Below are positions 14,301 through 27,214 of a DNA stretch of 64,000 nt, one piece after another. The DNA lies in NCBI RefSeq assembly GCF_000002075.1, contig NW_004797274.1, forward strand, positions 2,653,473-2,717,472. Direction: 5' to 3'. The DNA comes from Aplysia californica. Taxonomy: Eukaryota. The translations under genes and the position numbers were made by a program. Every line of letters begins with the position of its first letter. The stretch's first letter is position 1. The notes beneath the pieces are model-generated. The model was not told where the DNA came from. It did not search any database and saw only the letters and a list, made by a program, of their open reading frames with translations.

Positions 14301-17300
14301 ACTATTTTTGGGCATACAGAGTTATTGGTATCATCTTAAAACTTGTTCCTTTTCCTTGCTTTAGATTTTTTTAAAAATACGCATCTATCTTGTACCGCTG
14401 TTGAGATATTTGCAATTGAAGGAAGTGCAGGTTGCCTGATGTCAAGTAAAATTAACGAGAAAATAGCTGTCAGAGTTTGGTGACTTCAAAAGAAACTGGA
14501 AAAAAAGGAAACTGCAAATCTACAATAAAATCCACACAGAAATGTGTTTTAAATTATTTTTAAAGGGGTGGAGTAAAAAAAAATTTTTTTTTACAAGAAC
14601 AAAAAAATAGCAGTTTCTTCGATTTCACTAATTTTGACAAGAGCCTATTTCACCATGATGACGCTCACATATTCTTCTACCTCTTAGTTCTTAGTTATGT
14701 TTACTGTTAGCATGTGCTTTTCTTTCCTACTGCATGTGTGTCTCTATTGTCTATCATGCCAGAGGTGAAACATCTTTTAGTCTGTTTTCCATATATATCT
14801 TTTTTTTAAGACTCCAAATATTTATTATATCTTTGCTTTTAAGAATTAGGTATATTGTTTATGAAAATTTTGTCACTTTCATTAAATTTATAAATATTAG
14901 CTATCTAATAAAACTCAGTACATGACTGCCACTCGAAAAATGCAAACGTGTTTATTATTTAATTATCTTAGTGTTCAATGTGGGGAGACACCTTCTGTTT
15001 GTCTTTATTTCAGGAAAACAGGATTCGCATTACTCTGCTGAACAGAAACTCAAAGTACAGGAATATCTTGAACCGGGAAGAGGTTTGTGCTTTTTAAAGC
15101 AGGGATAGTGGTTGGTTGGCGGGTGCTCTGCTGTGGTTTGCTCCTTTTTTCATATCAAATGTCTATCGTCTTTATCTCTCCTCCTTTTTTGTGTTTGATA
15201 CTCTCTTGGTTAACCTCTAATCTTTGGTACTGATATGACCTAATTTTGTTGCAAGTGCCGTATAACTCTTACTTAAACAAAAAAGGTGGTTCTTGTGTCT
15301 TTTTGTGTGAGGGCAGTGAAATGTGTTCTGAACCATTGTTTCAGTTTAGGTTGTCACTCAGTAGGCTCTTTTTAGGGGTGGGGGGGGGGGGGGGAAAATA
15401 CAACTGAATAAGAGTTGCAGATTCAATGGGAAAACTGTGTCCAGTTCTGTATTTTTTTCTAGAAGAATTTGTAGAATATTGTTGTTGTGAATTTACTTGA
15501 TTCAGTCTGATAACTCAGAAGCAGAGACTGTTATGGTTATAACTATGACTTGTCAACAAAGCTTATGCCTTCTTGGTTATTGACCTTTTGAGAAAATGAC
15601 AACAACCCTCACTAATGTTATAACTTTCTCTCTCTTCTGTCTGAGGTGTGATTCATGTACAGTAGCCAATCAATACACATGTTCTTGTAGGTGCAGTGTA
15701 TGCATATCAGTCGTCTGAAACTAGCACTCCAACAGAATTTTTTTGTGTCTCTGTTATTTTCTCTTCAGCTTGCTTCAGCTTTGAAAACAGATGGGGAATT
15801 TGAAGTCACTGTCGTGGAGTATAACAGGTCAATATTTGTAGTGTTCTTTAATTTTTCATGTATGTATGAATGTTTGATAAGTTCTCAATTTCCTTTTCAC
15901 TCGTCGTACTTTTCGTTTTAGTCATAAGACATGTATTAATTTGCAGATATTGTAGTATTTCAAATTCATTAAAAATGCAGAGATAAGTAAAGTTCAAAGG
16001 TAATAGATCATGTATTCTATTAGAAAGTTTCACCAACTGAGGCTTTGTGATCTTGACTTTTTCTCACCAATTTTCCTGTCAGTTTTAAGTTTTATGTCTT
16101 TGATCCACCTCACCACAACCTGCACTTCCTTGTTGGACATTAGAGTCTATTCTCTTTAACCCTATCCATACGCCTGGGGTCATTTTGTACCCCCGCGGTT
16201 GTATTCTTTACATTTTAGAATACTTCTAGTACGAAGATCTTTTTGAAACTTTCAGAATTTCTCAAAAAATCATTTTGACAGACTGCTATGCTCAGCGTAC
16301 GGACCAGATTAACGAGTAAATTTCCTCTTTGAAAAGTGGTGGCACAGAGTTCCTCACATCGTATGAATATGATAGAACAACACGGTGTACGGATAGGGTT
16401 GACTCTTATTCTCCGGCAAGCCGCCCAGGGCTCGCAGTCGGAACCCCTGTGCCGGTGAGCCGCTGACAGCGGCTCGGGCTCAATCCTTTACGACGACTTC
16501 AACATTAAATTACTTTTCGGCAATTGCCGAAAACAGGTCTCTTAAACCGGAGGTTCATTCATCAGATGAAGAGCTATCGAAATAGGTTTGTTAATTTCGA
16601 TTTCATGACAATGACGTTTTTGTCATTTTTAGATTTAGCACCAAAAAGGGCCCCTCTGAGATAAAGAGGTAAGTAAGTCACGAAGGGTGATTTTTTTCAT
16701 CGGAGGCACTTTTTAATGTATGTTTGATCATACGGGGTGGTCGATCTCCCATGGGTAGAAGTTTCAGTGTTGTATTAAAATCTATCAGTTTTGAGACAAG
16801 GGTCTTAAAAGAATTTGGTATTGTTGTCTTAACATTCAAATCCATCTGTTGCCTTTTTTATGTAATGAATTTTTTTTCTTCCACAGGCAAATGCCGTTTT
16901 ATGACCAATTAGTGGTAAGTTATTTGCTACACTGAGTTACTTTCCCAAAGTCGGCACCCTTTCCAGGTTGCTTACTGGTGCACCTTTTTTAGCACAAACT
17001 AAACATTTTTTGTTGCAGTTTAAATAGTAGAAATTTCACCAGTCGGTCAAATCAAGCTGAAAGAAAATGGTGACCAGATGTCCGTTTTTACTGATGCATA
17101 ATTCATTTCTTTACATGGTTCAGACAACACAAAGTCCCTTTTTTTAAAAATTGTGCACATGTTTGCCTTGAGGTTTGCTGTTAATTTAGTTATTAAAGGT
17201 GTTCTGCACTTTGATCTAGGACATCTTACACTATGGTAGCGATCACAATAGTTAACAAGGTATGTATGATGTTCAGTTCTTGACCCAGAAAACTTTATCA

Positions 17301-20300
17301 TTTCTTCATTGTCTTATGTTTGCTTGTTCCATGCTGTAACTGATGACTGTCTGGTGTTCTCCCCAGGTCTCTCACAATTCCGACATCCTCATCGGCATGC
17401 ATGGCGCAGGGCTGACCCATATGTTGTTCCAGCCAGACTGGGCTGTTGTCATGGAGCTGTAAGTTATCTTCTCCACTCTCTAAGGTATTGCGCGGGGTTC
17501 ATATCCATTATAATTTACTTTAAAAAACCTAAAGGCTCACTTCTGTTTGGACATGATCATTGATGTCTGTCGCAAAACGAAACGTTCATTCCTTCTCCAG
17601 CAATACTGTCTGGTTGGCACTTCTTTCCATATTTTTGTTGACTTTGAAGAACTTATTTCCTTTATTGTTAAATTCAGATATCGTGCCAATTTTCATCTTC
17701 TGCTTGTAGCTTAAGTGAGATTCAGCTGAGTGTTTAGACGTTCACACACTCTCCTCCTCCTACACCCCCCCCTGCCCACCCCACCTTCCGTGTTAATCAA
17801 TCATGTTTTAAACACAATCGATCTTCATTATACCACCCCTCGATATACCGCCAGCCCCCTCCCCTCTGCCAAGTTTAACCAGTATATGAAAAAGAATCCC
17901 TATATAAACATAGAATTTGCTTCTTCACAACACCATTTGCCAACTGTCTGAGTGGTACCGCTCTAATTAAACTAATGTAAATTTTCCCTGCCATACTGCC
18001 AGCGAACTAACCATCAGAAGTGCACACTACACCCAGTGCAAGGCACCCACTTGTTGACGACTGCTTGATAATCTCTCTCCCAAGCTACCTTGACCTGCAG
18101 GCAAAATATATGTTGTTACTAGATATCACACCAATGACCCCAAAGCTGGTGTGCACCTGAGATTTTTTTATTTTATGAGGGCTCACATTCGAGAACTGAC
18201 AGGCTTTGGGTAACAGGGTTTGAATTTGTACACACAAACACACATACACACACACAAACACATACACAAAGAGAGAGAGTGGCTTTTCAAACACTGATCA
18301 CACATCACAATCGTTCCCCTTGACAATAGGCAGTCAGGGCTATTTAACAGAGGAACCCCGTTAAACTGCCAGCCGTGTTATTCTATCAACTTCATGCTTG
18401 TCCAAGGGTGGCGGTATAACAAGGTCTGATTGTATAAACACACACAATTTGTCCCAACACCAGTGCTGTGTGTTTTGTCACTGTTCTGTGGTTACAAATT
18501 ATAATACAGTAGTCTCCGCCTAAGATTCCACCGCTTACGATCCCGGTTCGCTTAAGATCCCGCTGTTTTAAGAAAACAGAATTTTTTACTATACAAAAGT
18601 CACCCCTAAGATCCCGCTCTGATTCACTCTGAAGGTCTACATTTGGCTAAGATTCAGCTTTTCAGATCATAATTTGCGGAACAAAAACCCGAGCGGGACA
18701 GCCGATCAGCCAAGAGTGAAAAGTTGAGATCAATAAACTGTCCGTCGCGTCAAAGATCAGCCACTATCATGAATGTGATCACATACACGTTGTAAAACTC
18801 GATGAAGCGATACAATGTTTGCCCCCGACGGGATCACACCAGGGTGTGAACTGACCGACACGTTTGTTTTCTCAGAACATCGCACTCACACCTGAGCTCT
18901 CCCCCTAAACTTACATCACTCGCTGGGTGGGTAGGGCCTACACGTTCGCTCCAGGCGGGATCACATTGAACTGTGAACTCTTCCCTGACCATTGCAGAAG
19001 TTGTCTCTACTCCGGAATTTGCGAAACAGACTGAATTTTAATTGGTGTGTTCACAACGTAATGGTGTGTAACGACAAAGGCGGTTGGGGGGGGGGGGGCT
19101 CGGTCAGAGATGGAAAGCTATAAATTTTCGACAGGTAAAGGGGAGGGGCAACTGGTTAAGCGTATATCTTGAGACTCATTTTAGGATAATAAGAGAAAAT
19201 GGCACGACTCATGCCACTGTGCACTGTGATAGGCCATCAAGGTTAACCACTCTGTGCTCGCCATATGCCATAAACCCACCAAGGGGTCACATCAGTTCAT
19301 TTTAGAGTTGAGGGAGACCATTTTGCAGATTGTGAGCCTTAGCATGGGTCACCATAGATTCTTCCCTGGGTTCATCGGTTAAGATCTCGGTTCGCCTAAG
19401 ATCCCGCATTTCCTTGCTCCCGAGCACCGGGATCTTAGGCGGAGACTACTGTATATTGTGAACTGGACATGTTGGAAAGGGAAGTCTTGTATTAATTTAA
19501 CTTATCCTCTGTCTCTCTTTGTTTCTTTGTTTGTGTGTGTGTTTGTGTTTCCGTGTGTGTATGTGTGTGCAATTGTGTATATGTATGTGTTTGTTTATGT
19601 ATGTGTGTTTCTGTTTGTAGCTACAACTGTGAGGATGCCGGCTGCTACTTTGATCTGGCCAGGCTGCGTGGGATCCGCTACATGACGTGGGAGAGAAAGG
19701 ACAAGCTGGTACAGGAGGATGAGGTGAGTCCCGGTGGTCAGCATCAGTGGGTGGTTGGAAGGAGTCACTGGTAGGTTCTCCATCTTTTCTTCCCTGTGTT
19801 GTTTCTGTCTGTCTGTATCTCTCTGTCTTACTTGTTCCAGGCACTAACTAACCTTGATCATATCGAATTTCTTCTCAAGCAAATGGTCAAGATATCTGTA
19901 GACGCTGCTCTGCTATGGTGTCATTTTGAAAGACCCACAATCCTTTTCATTTGGCAATGTTTATATATATACTTGTAATGGGTTGATGGTCTGCTCCCTC
20001 TACTTCTTTTCAGTGTTTCAATTGGTCTTTACTTTAGCAATTATTATACCAAATCTATGATCTTAACAGCAGTTGGTTTACCCCGCATAGAGATAAAGAG
20101 TTAATCTAATTAGGAAACTTTCTTACTTTGAAGAACATGCTGCGTTGTTCATCTTGTTCCGAGATATTTTCCCTTGTGGTCACTTCTCAGATTTCTATCT
20201 CCATCCAATGTTCTGAAACTGAATGAATTCTTCTTTGTCCTCCTCCATCTCAAGGGTCATCATCCAACATTGGGTGCCCATGCCAAGTTCACGAACTACT

Positions 20301-20449
20301 CATTCGACCTTTCTGAGTTCATGCGGCTCATCTATCAAGCAGCCAAGCATGTTCGGAACCACCCAGCTTTTCTGAAGGCCAGGAGAGATCGGTACCCGCC
20401 CTCGACTGACTCAGTCAGTGACACTGAAAACCCCAAGGTTGAACTCTGA
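2179..20449 (+). CDS. EOGT: EGF domain-specific O-linked N-acetylglucosamine transferase (GT61), complete 16-exon CDS, 529 aa
   Basis: Exons 2179-2340, 2915-3012, 4087-4195, 4816-4916, 6154-6264, 7026-7132, 8581-8684, 9726-9818, 11033-11104, 13978-14064, 15014-15082, 15769-15827, 16887-16914, 17367-17458, 19621-19723 and 20255-20449. All introns are GT-AG with compatible phases; total 1590 nt. Motifs I recognise from human EOGT: [86 protein letters not shown]. Signal-peptide-like N-terminus; KDEL-like C-terminus. Confidence 0.97.
2915..3012 (+). CDS. EOGT: EOGT coding exon 2 ([12 protein letters not shown]...DSKSW)
   Basis: TAG acceptor, GTGAGT donor, CWGYE motif. Confidence 0.92.
4087..4195 (+). 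CDS. EOGT: EOGT coding exon 3 (FWRRADFG...LCKPNSE)
   Basis: CAG/GT boundaries, phase 2 to 0. Confidence 0.93.
4816..4916 (+). CDS. EOGT: EOGT coding exon 4 ([21 protein letters not shown])
   Basis: CAG/GT boundaries, conserved Cys pattern. Confidence 0.93.
5375..5731 (-). mobile_element. tRNA-headed SINE family 1 (CORE-like centre, (TAA)n tail), inserted in a MITE
   Basis: On the minus strand: A-box GTGGCCTAGTGG, GGTTCGA B-box, TGTGTCCCTGGGAAAGACACTTTA core, (TTA)n tail. Four alignable copies in the window. Confidence 0.85.
6154..6264 (+). CDS. EOGT: EOGT coding exon 5 (GGHC...KSPLQSW)
   Basis: TAG/GTGAGT boundaries. Confidence 0.95.
7026..7132 (+). CDS. EOGT: EOGT coding exon 6 (FAELEHY...[16 protein letters not shown])
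   Basis: CAG/GTAGGT boundaries. Confidence 0.95.
8581..8684 (+). CDS. EOGT: EOGT coding exon 7 ([14 protein letters not shown]...MWDT)
   Basis: CAG/GTGAGC boundaries; near-identical to the human motif. Confidence 0.97.
9726..9818 (+). CDS. EOGT: EOGT coding exon 8 ([16 protein letters not shown])
   Basis: CAG/GTAATG boundaries. Confidence 0.95.
10621..10974 (-). mobile_element. SINE family 1 copy
   Basis: Alignable to 5375-5731. Confidence 0.85.
11033..11104 (+). CDS. EOGT: EOGT coding exon 9 ([24 protein letters not shown])
   Basis: CAG/GTAAGT boundaries. Confidence 0.96.
11296..13506. mobile_element. Non-autonomous hAT-like DNA transposon (2.2 kb) in EOGT intron 9
   Basis: Terminal inverted repeats (TIRs) CAGGGCTGCCTA/TAGGCAGCCCTG; subterminal TACCGA/CTACCTGA repeats; GTCACA duplicated at both ends. 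Confidence 0.8.
13762..13936. mobile_element. Small degenerate pogo/Tigger-like MITE
   Basis: TA-CAGTGGAGTCCGTTTAAACC at the left, degenerate inverted end at the right; the same terminus occurs inverted at ~2045-2062. Confidence 0.55.
13978..14064 (+). CDS. EOGT: EOGT coding exon 10 (GC...[18 protein letters not shown])
   Basis: CAG/GTGAGT boundaries. Confidence 0.95.
15014..15082 (+). CDS. EOGT: EOGT coding exon 11 ([20 protein letters not shown])
   Basis: CAG/GTTTGT boundaries. Confidence 0.94.
15769..15827 (+). CDS. EOGT: EOGT coding exon 12 ([19 protein letters not shown])
   Basis: CAG/GTCAAT boundaries. Confidence 0.9.
16160..16398. mobile_element. piggyBac-like MITE
   Basis: TTAA-CCCTATCCATAC ... 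GTACGGATAGGG-TTGA. Confidence 0.7.
16887..16914 (+). CDS. EOGT: EOGT coding exon 13, 28-nt micro-exon (QMPFYDQLV)
   Basis: Polypyrimidine tract plus CAG, GTAAGT donor. Required to restore frame; matches the F.DQL motif. Confidence 0.9.
17367..17458 (+). CDS. EOGT: EOGT coding exon 14 ([29 protein letters not shown])
   Basis: CAG/GTAAGT boundaries; GT61 HGAGL motif. Confidence 0.97.
18507..19451. mobile_element. pogo/Tigger-like (Tc1-mariner) MITE; relatives at ~32015-32960 and 59660-59833
   Basis: TIRs CAGTAGTCTCCGCCTAAGAT/ATCTTAGGCGGAGACTACTG, TA TSD, internal TAAGATCCC subrepeats. Confidence 0.88.
19621..19723 (+). CDS. EOGT: EOGT coding exon 15 ([17 protein letters not shown])
   Basis: TAG/GTGAGT boundaries. 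Confidence 0.96.
20255..20449 (+). CDS. EOGT: EOGT last coding exon (GHHPTLG...KVEL*)
   Basis: AAG acceptor; TGA at 20447-20449. Confidence 0.95.
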   Translation, partial: GHHPTLGAHAKFTNYSFDLSEFMRLIYQAAKHVRNHPAFLKARRDRYPPSTDSVSDTENPKVEL

Positions 20450-23400
20450 CCGATATATATGCTTAGCACTTTTACCAAGTGTCTTTTTGACTGGGCTGAT
20501 GCAAGCATGTTCACCTTTTTATTGTTTTTTCATGACATTAGGTCTATTATGAGTTTCAGAATTTACATGTGTAGATAATTATAAATCAAATGAAAATTTT
20601 TCATAAATGTATCAGTATCAGATAGGGACTGCTAACAAGCGTTACTGCATGCTTAAAAGCAGCCTTTAGGCATTTTCCTAAGGACTGTCTACCTCCTGCC
20701 ATTAGTTGTGTTGATATAAATGTGTGATGTTATGGCCTCAGTGCATATATTTTGTTCGTTCTGAAAATTTACTTTTGGGAGTCTGTTGTTAGCTCAGTTG
20801 GCAACTTATTTGACTCTCTGTGCTGAGGACTTAAAGACTTGTTTTGTTTTCAGAACGAGGCAGCTGATACTGTTAAAGCTAATGACTTTAAAATCTTCTG
20901 TCCTCATTTGTTTACTGATGTAATTGGGTAAAGACAGGTGCTCACATAGTCTGATGGACGTTTGCAATTTTTTAAAGGGAGCAACACCTGTCTGTGGTAA
21001 TAATGTTTTTTTCATTTTTGGACCATAAAATGGTAACATTTTGTTTGCATCTTGTTGCCCTGTAGGGATACTACCCATTTATTTAATGGGCAAAGGCTGG
21101 TGCTTTCATTTCAAAGTTTATGTATGTGATTTTTTAAAAACATATTGCTGCCTCATTAAAATAATGAACTCAAGTTTTATAAGACCAACTTGTGAGTAGA
21201 CAGTAAGTTAATGTAGCAGCTGTTTTACTGGTAAACTCAATGTGTTCTCCCAGAGCTCTGGGTTTTTCATTTTTCATGAATGTTGAATAATTCAAGACAG
21301 AAATCCAATTGACACTGGTTGATATTACAGTTTTGTAAGGAAACGGATATGTCATTATGTCGTATCCTACTGTTGTTTTGCTTGTTTGCTTTTTTTTTAA
21401 ACTTAAGAATACTTTGAGAAATCCGCTTTCCCAACTTTTCGATCTCATACTGTCTTGCGATACAAGAATTTAATTTATCTTCAGCTGTTTCAGCAAACGT
21501 GTGCCGGGGGGGGGGGGGGGGGGGGGGGGGGTTGACGCTTCGGTTGATCCAACTTTTTTTTCATCTTGATAAATTTTGGGGCAAACACTTGAATTTTCTG
21601 TGCCACTCTGAACTGGTTCAGTGGTTTATCTGCAATCATATACTGTGTTCTTTGATTCTTTTAATCTTCTATAATAATCTCATACAGTTGTCCAAAATTC
21701 TTTTAATCCTCACAAAACCTGTTTCAGCAGTTTGGGATCTTAATTATTAGGAGGTGAGATTCATGGCTGTAGCCGTGAACCTGTGGCACCGATGTACCTG
21801 CTTTGTTCTGGAACCCAACACACTGGAAAGTTAATGGTGTGCTTGTACATGTACTGTGATCTTCTGTTTTGGAGAATAAGGAGTTTGCTCAGGTTTTACA
21901 ACTTACCCTTATTTGTTTGCTCAATGACTTCCAAGGGTGTTTCTTTTTTCAACCGAGTTGTGATGGCAAGTGAAAGATAAATCTGAATGTTTATTATTGA
22001 TGTTGTTAAAGGCTTGAGAGTGTTGAAGTTGTCTCGATGTTTATGTTTTTCTCTTCTCAAGCAAAGAGTGAATTTTAAGACAGACAATGTTTTTAGATAA
22101 AGGAAGAATGTTGTCTAGGTCCTGGTCTCAGAGTGAAATAGAAAATGGTCAAATGAACAAAGCTGTTGTGATTGTAGGTTTTCCAAGCTACTTATTTGAG
22201 AGATTGGATTCTATAAAAATAACCAAGTAATATGTCCTTAGCGTAAGGTTTTCTAGTAAACTGTTCAGCAGTGCTAGTTAAGTTCCCTATCTTCATTTGA
22301 ATAACTGGCCTTTAGCAACATGTTTTTCTGGTTAATGTTGCATCTTTTGTGCGAGTTGACAAAGCATTTTATGAGCTTCAGCCAGTTACCTCCCATCATT
22401 TCTTATTGTGGACAGTGATGAAAAAAAAATTGTAGACATTTTTGTTATTGAGTCTTAAATGGATTTTTTTTTTTTTTACTTTTGCTTTTTGACTTTTTTG
22501 TCTTAGTTACTTTTTTGTAAAATTTAATGTTTTTATGGTGCCGATGAAATAAGAGCCCTTTGATTAAATGTCTCTCACATTTTTCTGATTGCAATAGATG
22601 AAAGTTTTCTTTCCTTTTTTCACACCTGTCAGTGTTGTGAATACTGGCACTGTACTTGTGTATTTGAAGTCTTAATTGCATCTTTATGTTGTAGATTTAG
22701 ATTTGAATTAGATTTTGGTGACAGGGATAAAAGTTTTTATATATTACCTTTGTAGTTACTGTTTGTTATAGTACTTTGTATTCTGTCATTTTCTGTCAGG
22801 GGCGGAAGATTATGAACAGTTGATTATTCCCTAATTGTTGTATTGTTCCATATGTGGTACACTGATGTTAGATTTCAGGATGAAACTATTGTGACGGCAG
22901 CATCACTTGAAGGTACATTCCGCAACCTACTTGTAGCTTATGTGTATAAACAGCTCGGCGTTATTCACCAGTTAAACAATAATGAAGTGTGTTCAAAGTA
23001 AAGGAATGTCTGAGCCCTGCAGAGACAGGGGTAAAAGCTTTGTGCAGAGACTTTTGTATTGTGTTCCGTTTAAGGATGGGTTTTTTAAATTTTTTTTTAG
23101 ATTTCTGAGTCTCTTTTATGCAGAAAAAAAAAACTTAAGGCTTCTGAGGTCATAGTTTTATTCAGTAAGTTCAGATGTATTGTGTTCTGCTCCTTATTTA
23201 AAGGCTCAAGATTGTTTTTTTCTCTTCAAGCCATGCATTTCCTTGATGCCGGCAAATGTAGAATTTTTCATTGTGAAGCCACATAATTTATGGCACAACT
23301 GTAGGCTCCTTGATGTAAGTGTAAGACATAGAATCTAATTTGTGAAAAAGGGAAAGACTTGAACCTGTTCATGCTATGTGAACTTCATGGGACAATCACA

Positions 23401-24709
23401 AGAACTCTTTGCCATAGTCTCATTTTATTTTGTGACAATCAAATAACCAACCGTAGTGGGCAGTTATTAAGAAGGTTTTTTTGCCTGTCAGTTCAGTATT
23501 CTGCAATGGATCATGCCATTTTACTTGCTACAATTGTGATTTTTATGTAAGGCTTACTTGCTCGCTTGGTTTAAAAGTGTTGTCAGGGGCTGTTTTATTT
23601 TAAACTCACTAAAGATGCATTTAACTGTGCTTTCTTTGGTTTTGTTTCTCCTCTTGATTTATACTCTCTGGTGGGAACATGTTACATAGAACAGACTTTT
23701 TATTCAATTATATTTCTCATTGAATTAAGATATTTGCTATTGGCACTCCCCATAACTTTGACTTACAAAAATTCCATAATCGATATGTCTGGAAGCCTAA
23801 CCACTGCCACACATTCTCAATGCATTTTCAACCGTGAACAAACACTGAAATTTGGGTTTAGGAGGCTGAGATGGTCATTATGGGTCAAATAAATATACAC
23901 TACATCAATATACTGAATTGTGTAAAGATTGCCAAATTATGGTCCTTGAAATCACTCACAGTCAAGGCTGCTACTGTGGATCCTCTTCCGAATCACGGAG
24001 ACACAAAAGGTGGCCCTTACCAGCTGTTTGTTGAGCTAATGTCTCATTTTGGCTGCATTTCACAATGCAGGTGTGAAAATTATTAAATTACAAAGTAAGT
24101 CCTTTGTTCTAGGTTTTCACAACTTTTATTGGGATACAAAGCTGTTTTGAATTTTTAAAGGTATTTTATGCTCATCGTAAAAAAAAAAATACAAAACTGT
24201 TTTATAGTAGGCCTACATGGTACTGGACCACAATTTATGAGAATATGTCCAAAAAATTGAGACAAAAAAGACAGTGATGTGTCAGTCATACAGAGTGAAT
24301 ATATGAAAGAAATAGTTGTGCATCTGACAAAAGCTTCCATTTCACGGTGGCAAGAAATGTCAGAATAGCAACTGTCTTAAAGTTTGATATGAATTTCTAA
24401 CACGTCACTTGAGTGTGGGGAGGGCCAAGTTCTCTGTATTTGTAAATGAAAGGCTTCGAGTGGATGTCAATTTTTTCTTTTTGTCTGCATTGTTAACTGC
24501 TGACTAGTGAATTTTTCTGTCAACTTCACCATATGAAGATCTTACCGTTACTGTTGCCACAATGTGCCTCTAGCCATAAATATATACAAGCTGGATCAGC
24601 TGATCACCTTTTTTATTTTGCCTATGCAATGAGGGGCATCGTTGATTAATTTTCAAATATGTACTTTGCTTTCCTTTATCTGTTAAATCCTGTGTATAAA
24701 TTTAACATT

Positions 24710-25145
24710 TGTGAGGCAGCGTGGTGGAATCAGGCTCTCGTCAATTTTTGGGCATGTAGAGTTATTGGTATCATCTTAAAGCTTATTCACTTGTTTTTAT
24801 TTGGATGAAAAAAATATACATTTATCTTGAATACAAGTCGAGGTATTAGCGAAAGAAGGAGGTGGGGGTCACCTGTTTTCAGAGTTAAAATTAGTGAGAG
24901 AATGGCCGCCAAAGATTAGTTATTTCCAAAGCTTAAGAGTCCGTGGTAACTGAAAATTTACATTTTTTGTGCCTTTAATCAACGTTTTCTAAAAAATCCA
25001 CACAGAAATGAGTTCTTAAATGGTTATGAAAGGTGTTGAGCCAAAAAACAAAAATTATATAAAAATTCACCAACCTGCGGAAAAATGCAAGTTAAATCAG
25101 TTAAATTATTTTGACGAGAGCCTGATTCCACCATGCTGCCTCACA
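24710..25145. mobile_element. ~440-bp MITE, unclassified; copies at 5020-5820 (interrupted by a SINE), 14280-14671 and partially at 34335-34582
   Basis: TIRs TGTGAGGCAGCGTGGTGGAATCAGGCTCTCGTCAA / TTGACGAGAGCCTGATTCCACCATGCTGCCTCACA; internal sequence alignable among copies. Confidence 0.85.
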
Positions 25146-26988
25146 TTTTATAAGTACGGGTGGAGGAGGGGTGCTAATCATCTTTTAAAACCTGCCCTTG
25201 CTTGCCACACTGTCAATTGTGATTAACAACTGCAAAATGAACTTGTCACCACATGTGACAATAATATAAAATTGTTCTATAAAGTTTTCTTAATTATTCA
25301 TCAGTGTTTGAATCAGATATTTACCTTTATGCATCATCATAGTCTATCAAGTCAAATATCTAAAAGTGATAGAATATATTTCTGTACCGGTGACTGATAT
25401 TTAAACAACAGTGAACTTTATGACTTTCATGCTCATACTTAAGGGAGTGAGGCCCATAGTGATGACACGTGGATGTCTTTCTTTGTGGAGCCTTGCTCTA
25501 GCTGTCATGTGGGTGGTTTGGAGATGCCTTTGGTAGGTCCAACTTTTTTCCTCTGGCTATGTTGGCCTGTCTGGTTTTCCTACTACCACATGATCAACAT
25601 TGGCTTGATCTGCTAATGTTGGGGTTTAACAAAAAAAATTTTGTGGGTTTTTTCCCCCCTAATTGTATGAAACTTAACTCCAATTCAAAGCTAATATTTC
25701 TGCTGGAAACCTTTTACAAAGTCCGGTCTTTAAAAATTATCTCCTAATTATAGCTTCAATTTCTGTTTAGATCCTCAAAGTTGAATTACAAACTCCATCT
25801 CATTATTTTTGAACACCATGAGTGATACAGGTTTCATGGAAGCCATTCTACTTTAGATTTTAAGGATGATGTTCTTTCCGTTAATATTCATCCACACTTG
25901 TGTCTCTTTTATAACATTTTCAGCAAGTAATTTCAGAAATGTATTTCTAATACTGTACATGTTCAGCACAGCATCTGTGACATTGGTCAGTCTCGATAAA
26001 GGGCTTCGACACAAGAGAATGTTTCAGGATATTATTTGACCCAAACATTTTGCCTGGCATCTGTGTGCCAGGTTCCTGTCTTGCCCTCGTGTAGGATGTG
26101 TTTATGTTGATCAACAGCTGCTGTGGTGCTACCTGGTTGTTGTATGGTGCTATCAAACACTTACTGGGTGAGAATTTTTTTTATAGTATTATTCCCCCAT
26201 AGGAACTTAAAAGCCTGTCTCACCAATAAAAGCTTTTGTTGCAAACTTACATTCATGCTGGTCTTTGTTATGACCAAGGTGTATTTTTATATCTTTGTGT
26301 TGTGTAAAATTATTGGAAGAATGACATGGAATCCAGTCGAAACCTGAGCTACCCAGCAGTACTGTACAGCTTTTACTGGTCCTGTGGTTCAGAAAGAACC
26401 CATGGCTAACACCCTAAATCAAAATAATAGTTCTCTGAATAAAATTATGTTACAAGTGTGTTGTATACATAGAGCTGTCACTGGTCACTATCACAGTCTA
26501 TATTTAGAATGTGTAAAGCTTCTACACTAATGTGTGACTGTAAAGTGATACACAGAGCACTTTGTTTGTGGAGACTTTGTATTATAATATCTGCAGCAAA
26601 ACTTTGGGAACAACAACAGTTTCTGTGCGCAGTGGTAATGGATACTTTTAGGATGACAACATGACTTGTTTCTGTCACCATTGTTAGCCAGGTTCTTCTG
26701 AGTCTGTGTTTCTCAACAACTAGATTTAAATAGAAATAATTGCATTGTTTGAAATGGAAATAAACATACATCATGCAAAGAAAATGTCAAGTGTACATAT
26801 TTTGCTTATTATCCCCTTGTTCGTAGGTTAAAGGCCCACAATGATGTTTCTGTCCGAAAGACAATGAAATCTCCACTAATATGATTTGAAAAATATTATG
26901 TGGGTATTGTGTTAACATTTTTCCAGATAGAAACTTCATGATCCCATATTTACAGTAGGTTATATTATATGTTACACCACCAATCTCC

Positions 26989-26994
26989 AATAAA
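26989..26994 (+). promoter_or_regulatory. Candidate distal poly(A) signal of EOGT
   Basis: AATAAA followed by a GT/T-rich tract at the end of a repeat-poor AT-rich stretch; inference only. Confidence 0.3.
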
Positions 26995-27213
26995 ATTTTG
27001 TCATTCACAGTACTTTGTGTTGAGACTTTTGAATGAGTGGCCAATTTTCCTTGGATGTTTGTTTGTGACCATGTGAAGTGTAGCTTGTTCTGTCCCCAGC
27101 TGTGTTAGGACATTTGGGAGCTAAGCAGGGATCCTCTGCAGTGCGGACAAGTCCATAATAATAATATAATAATTTATAATTGTTCCACCCACCACTGAAA
27201 GGAACACCCCCTT

Positions 27214-27214
<1 letters not shown>

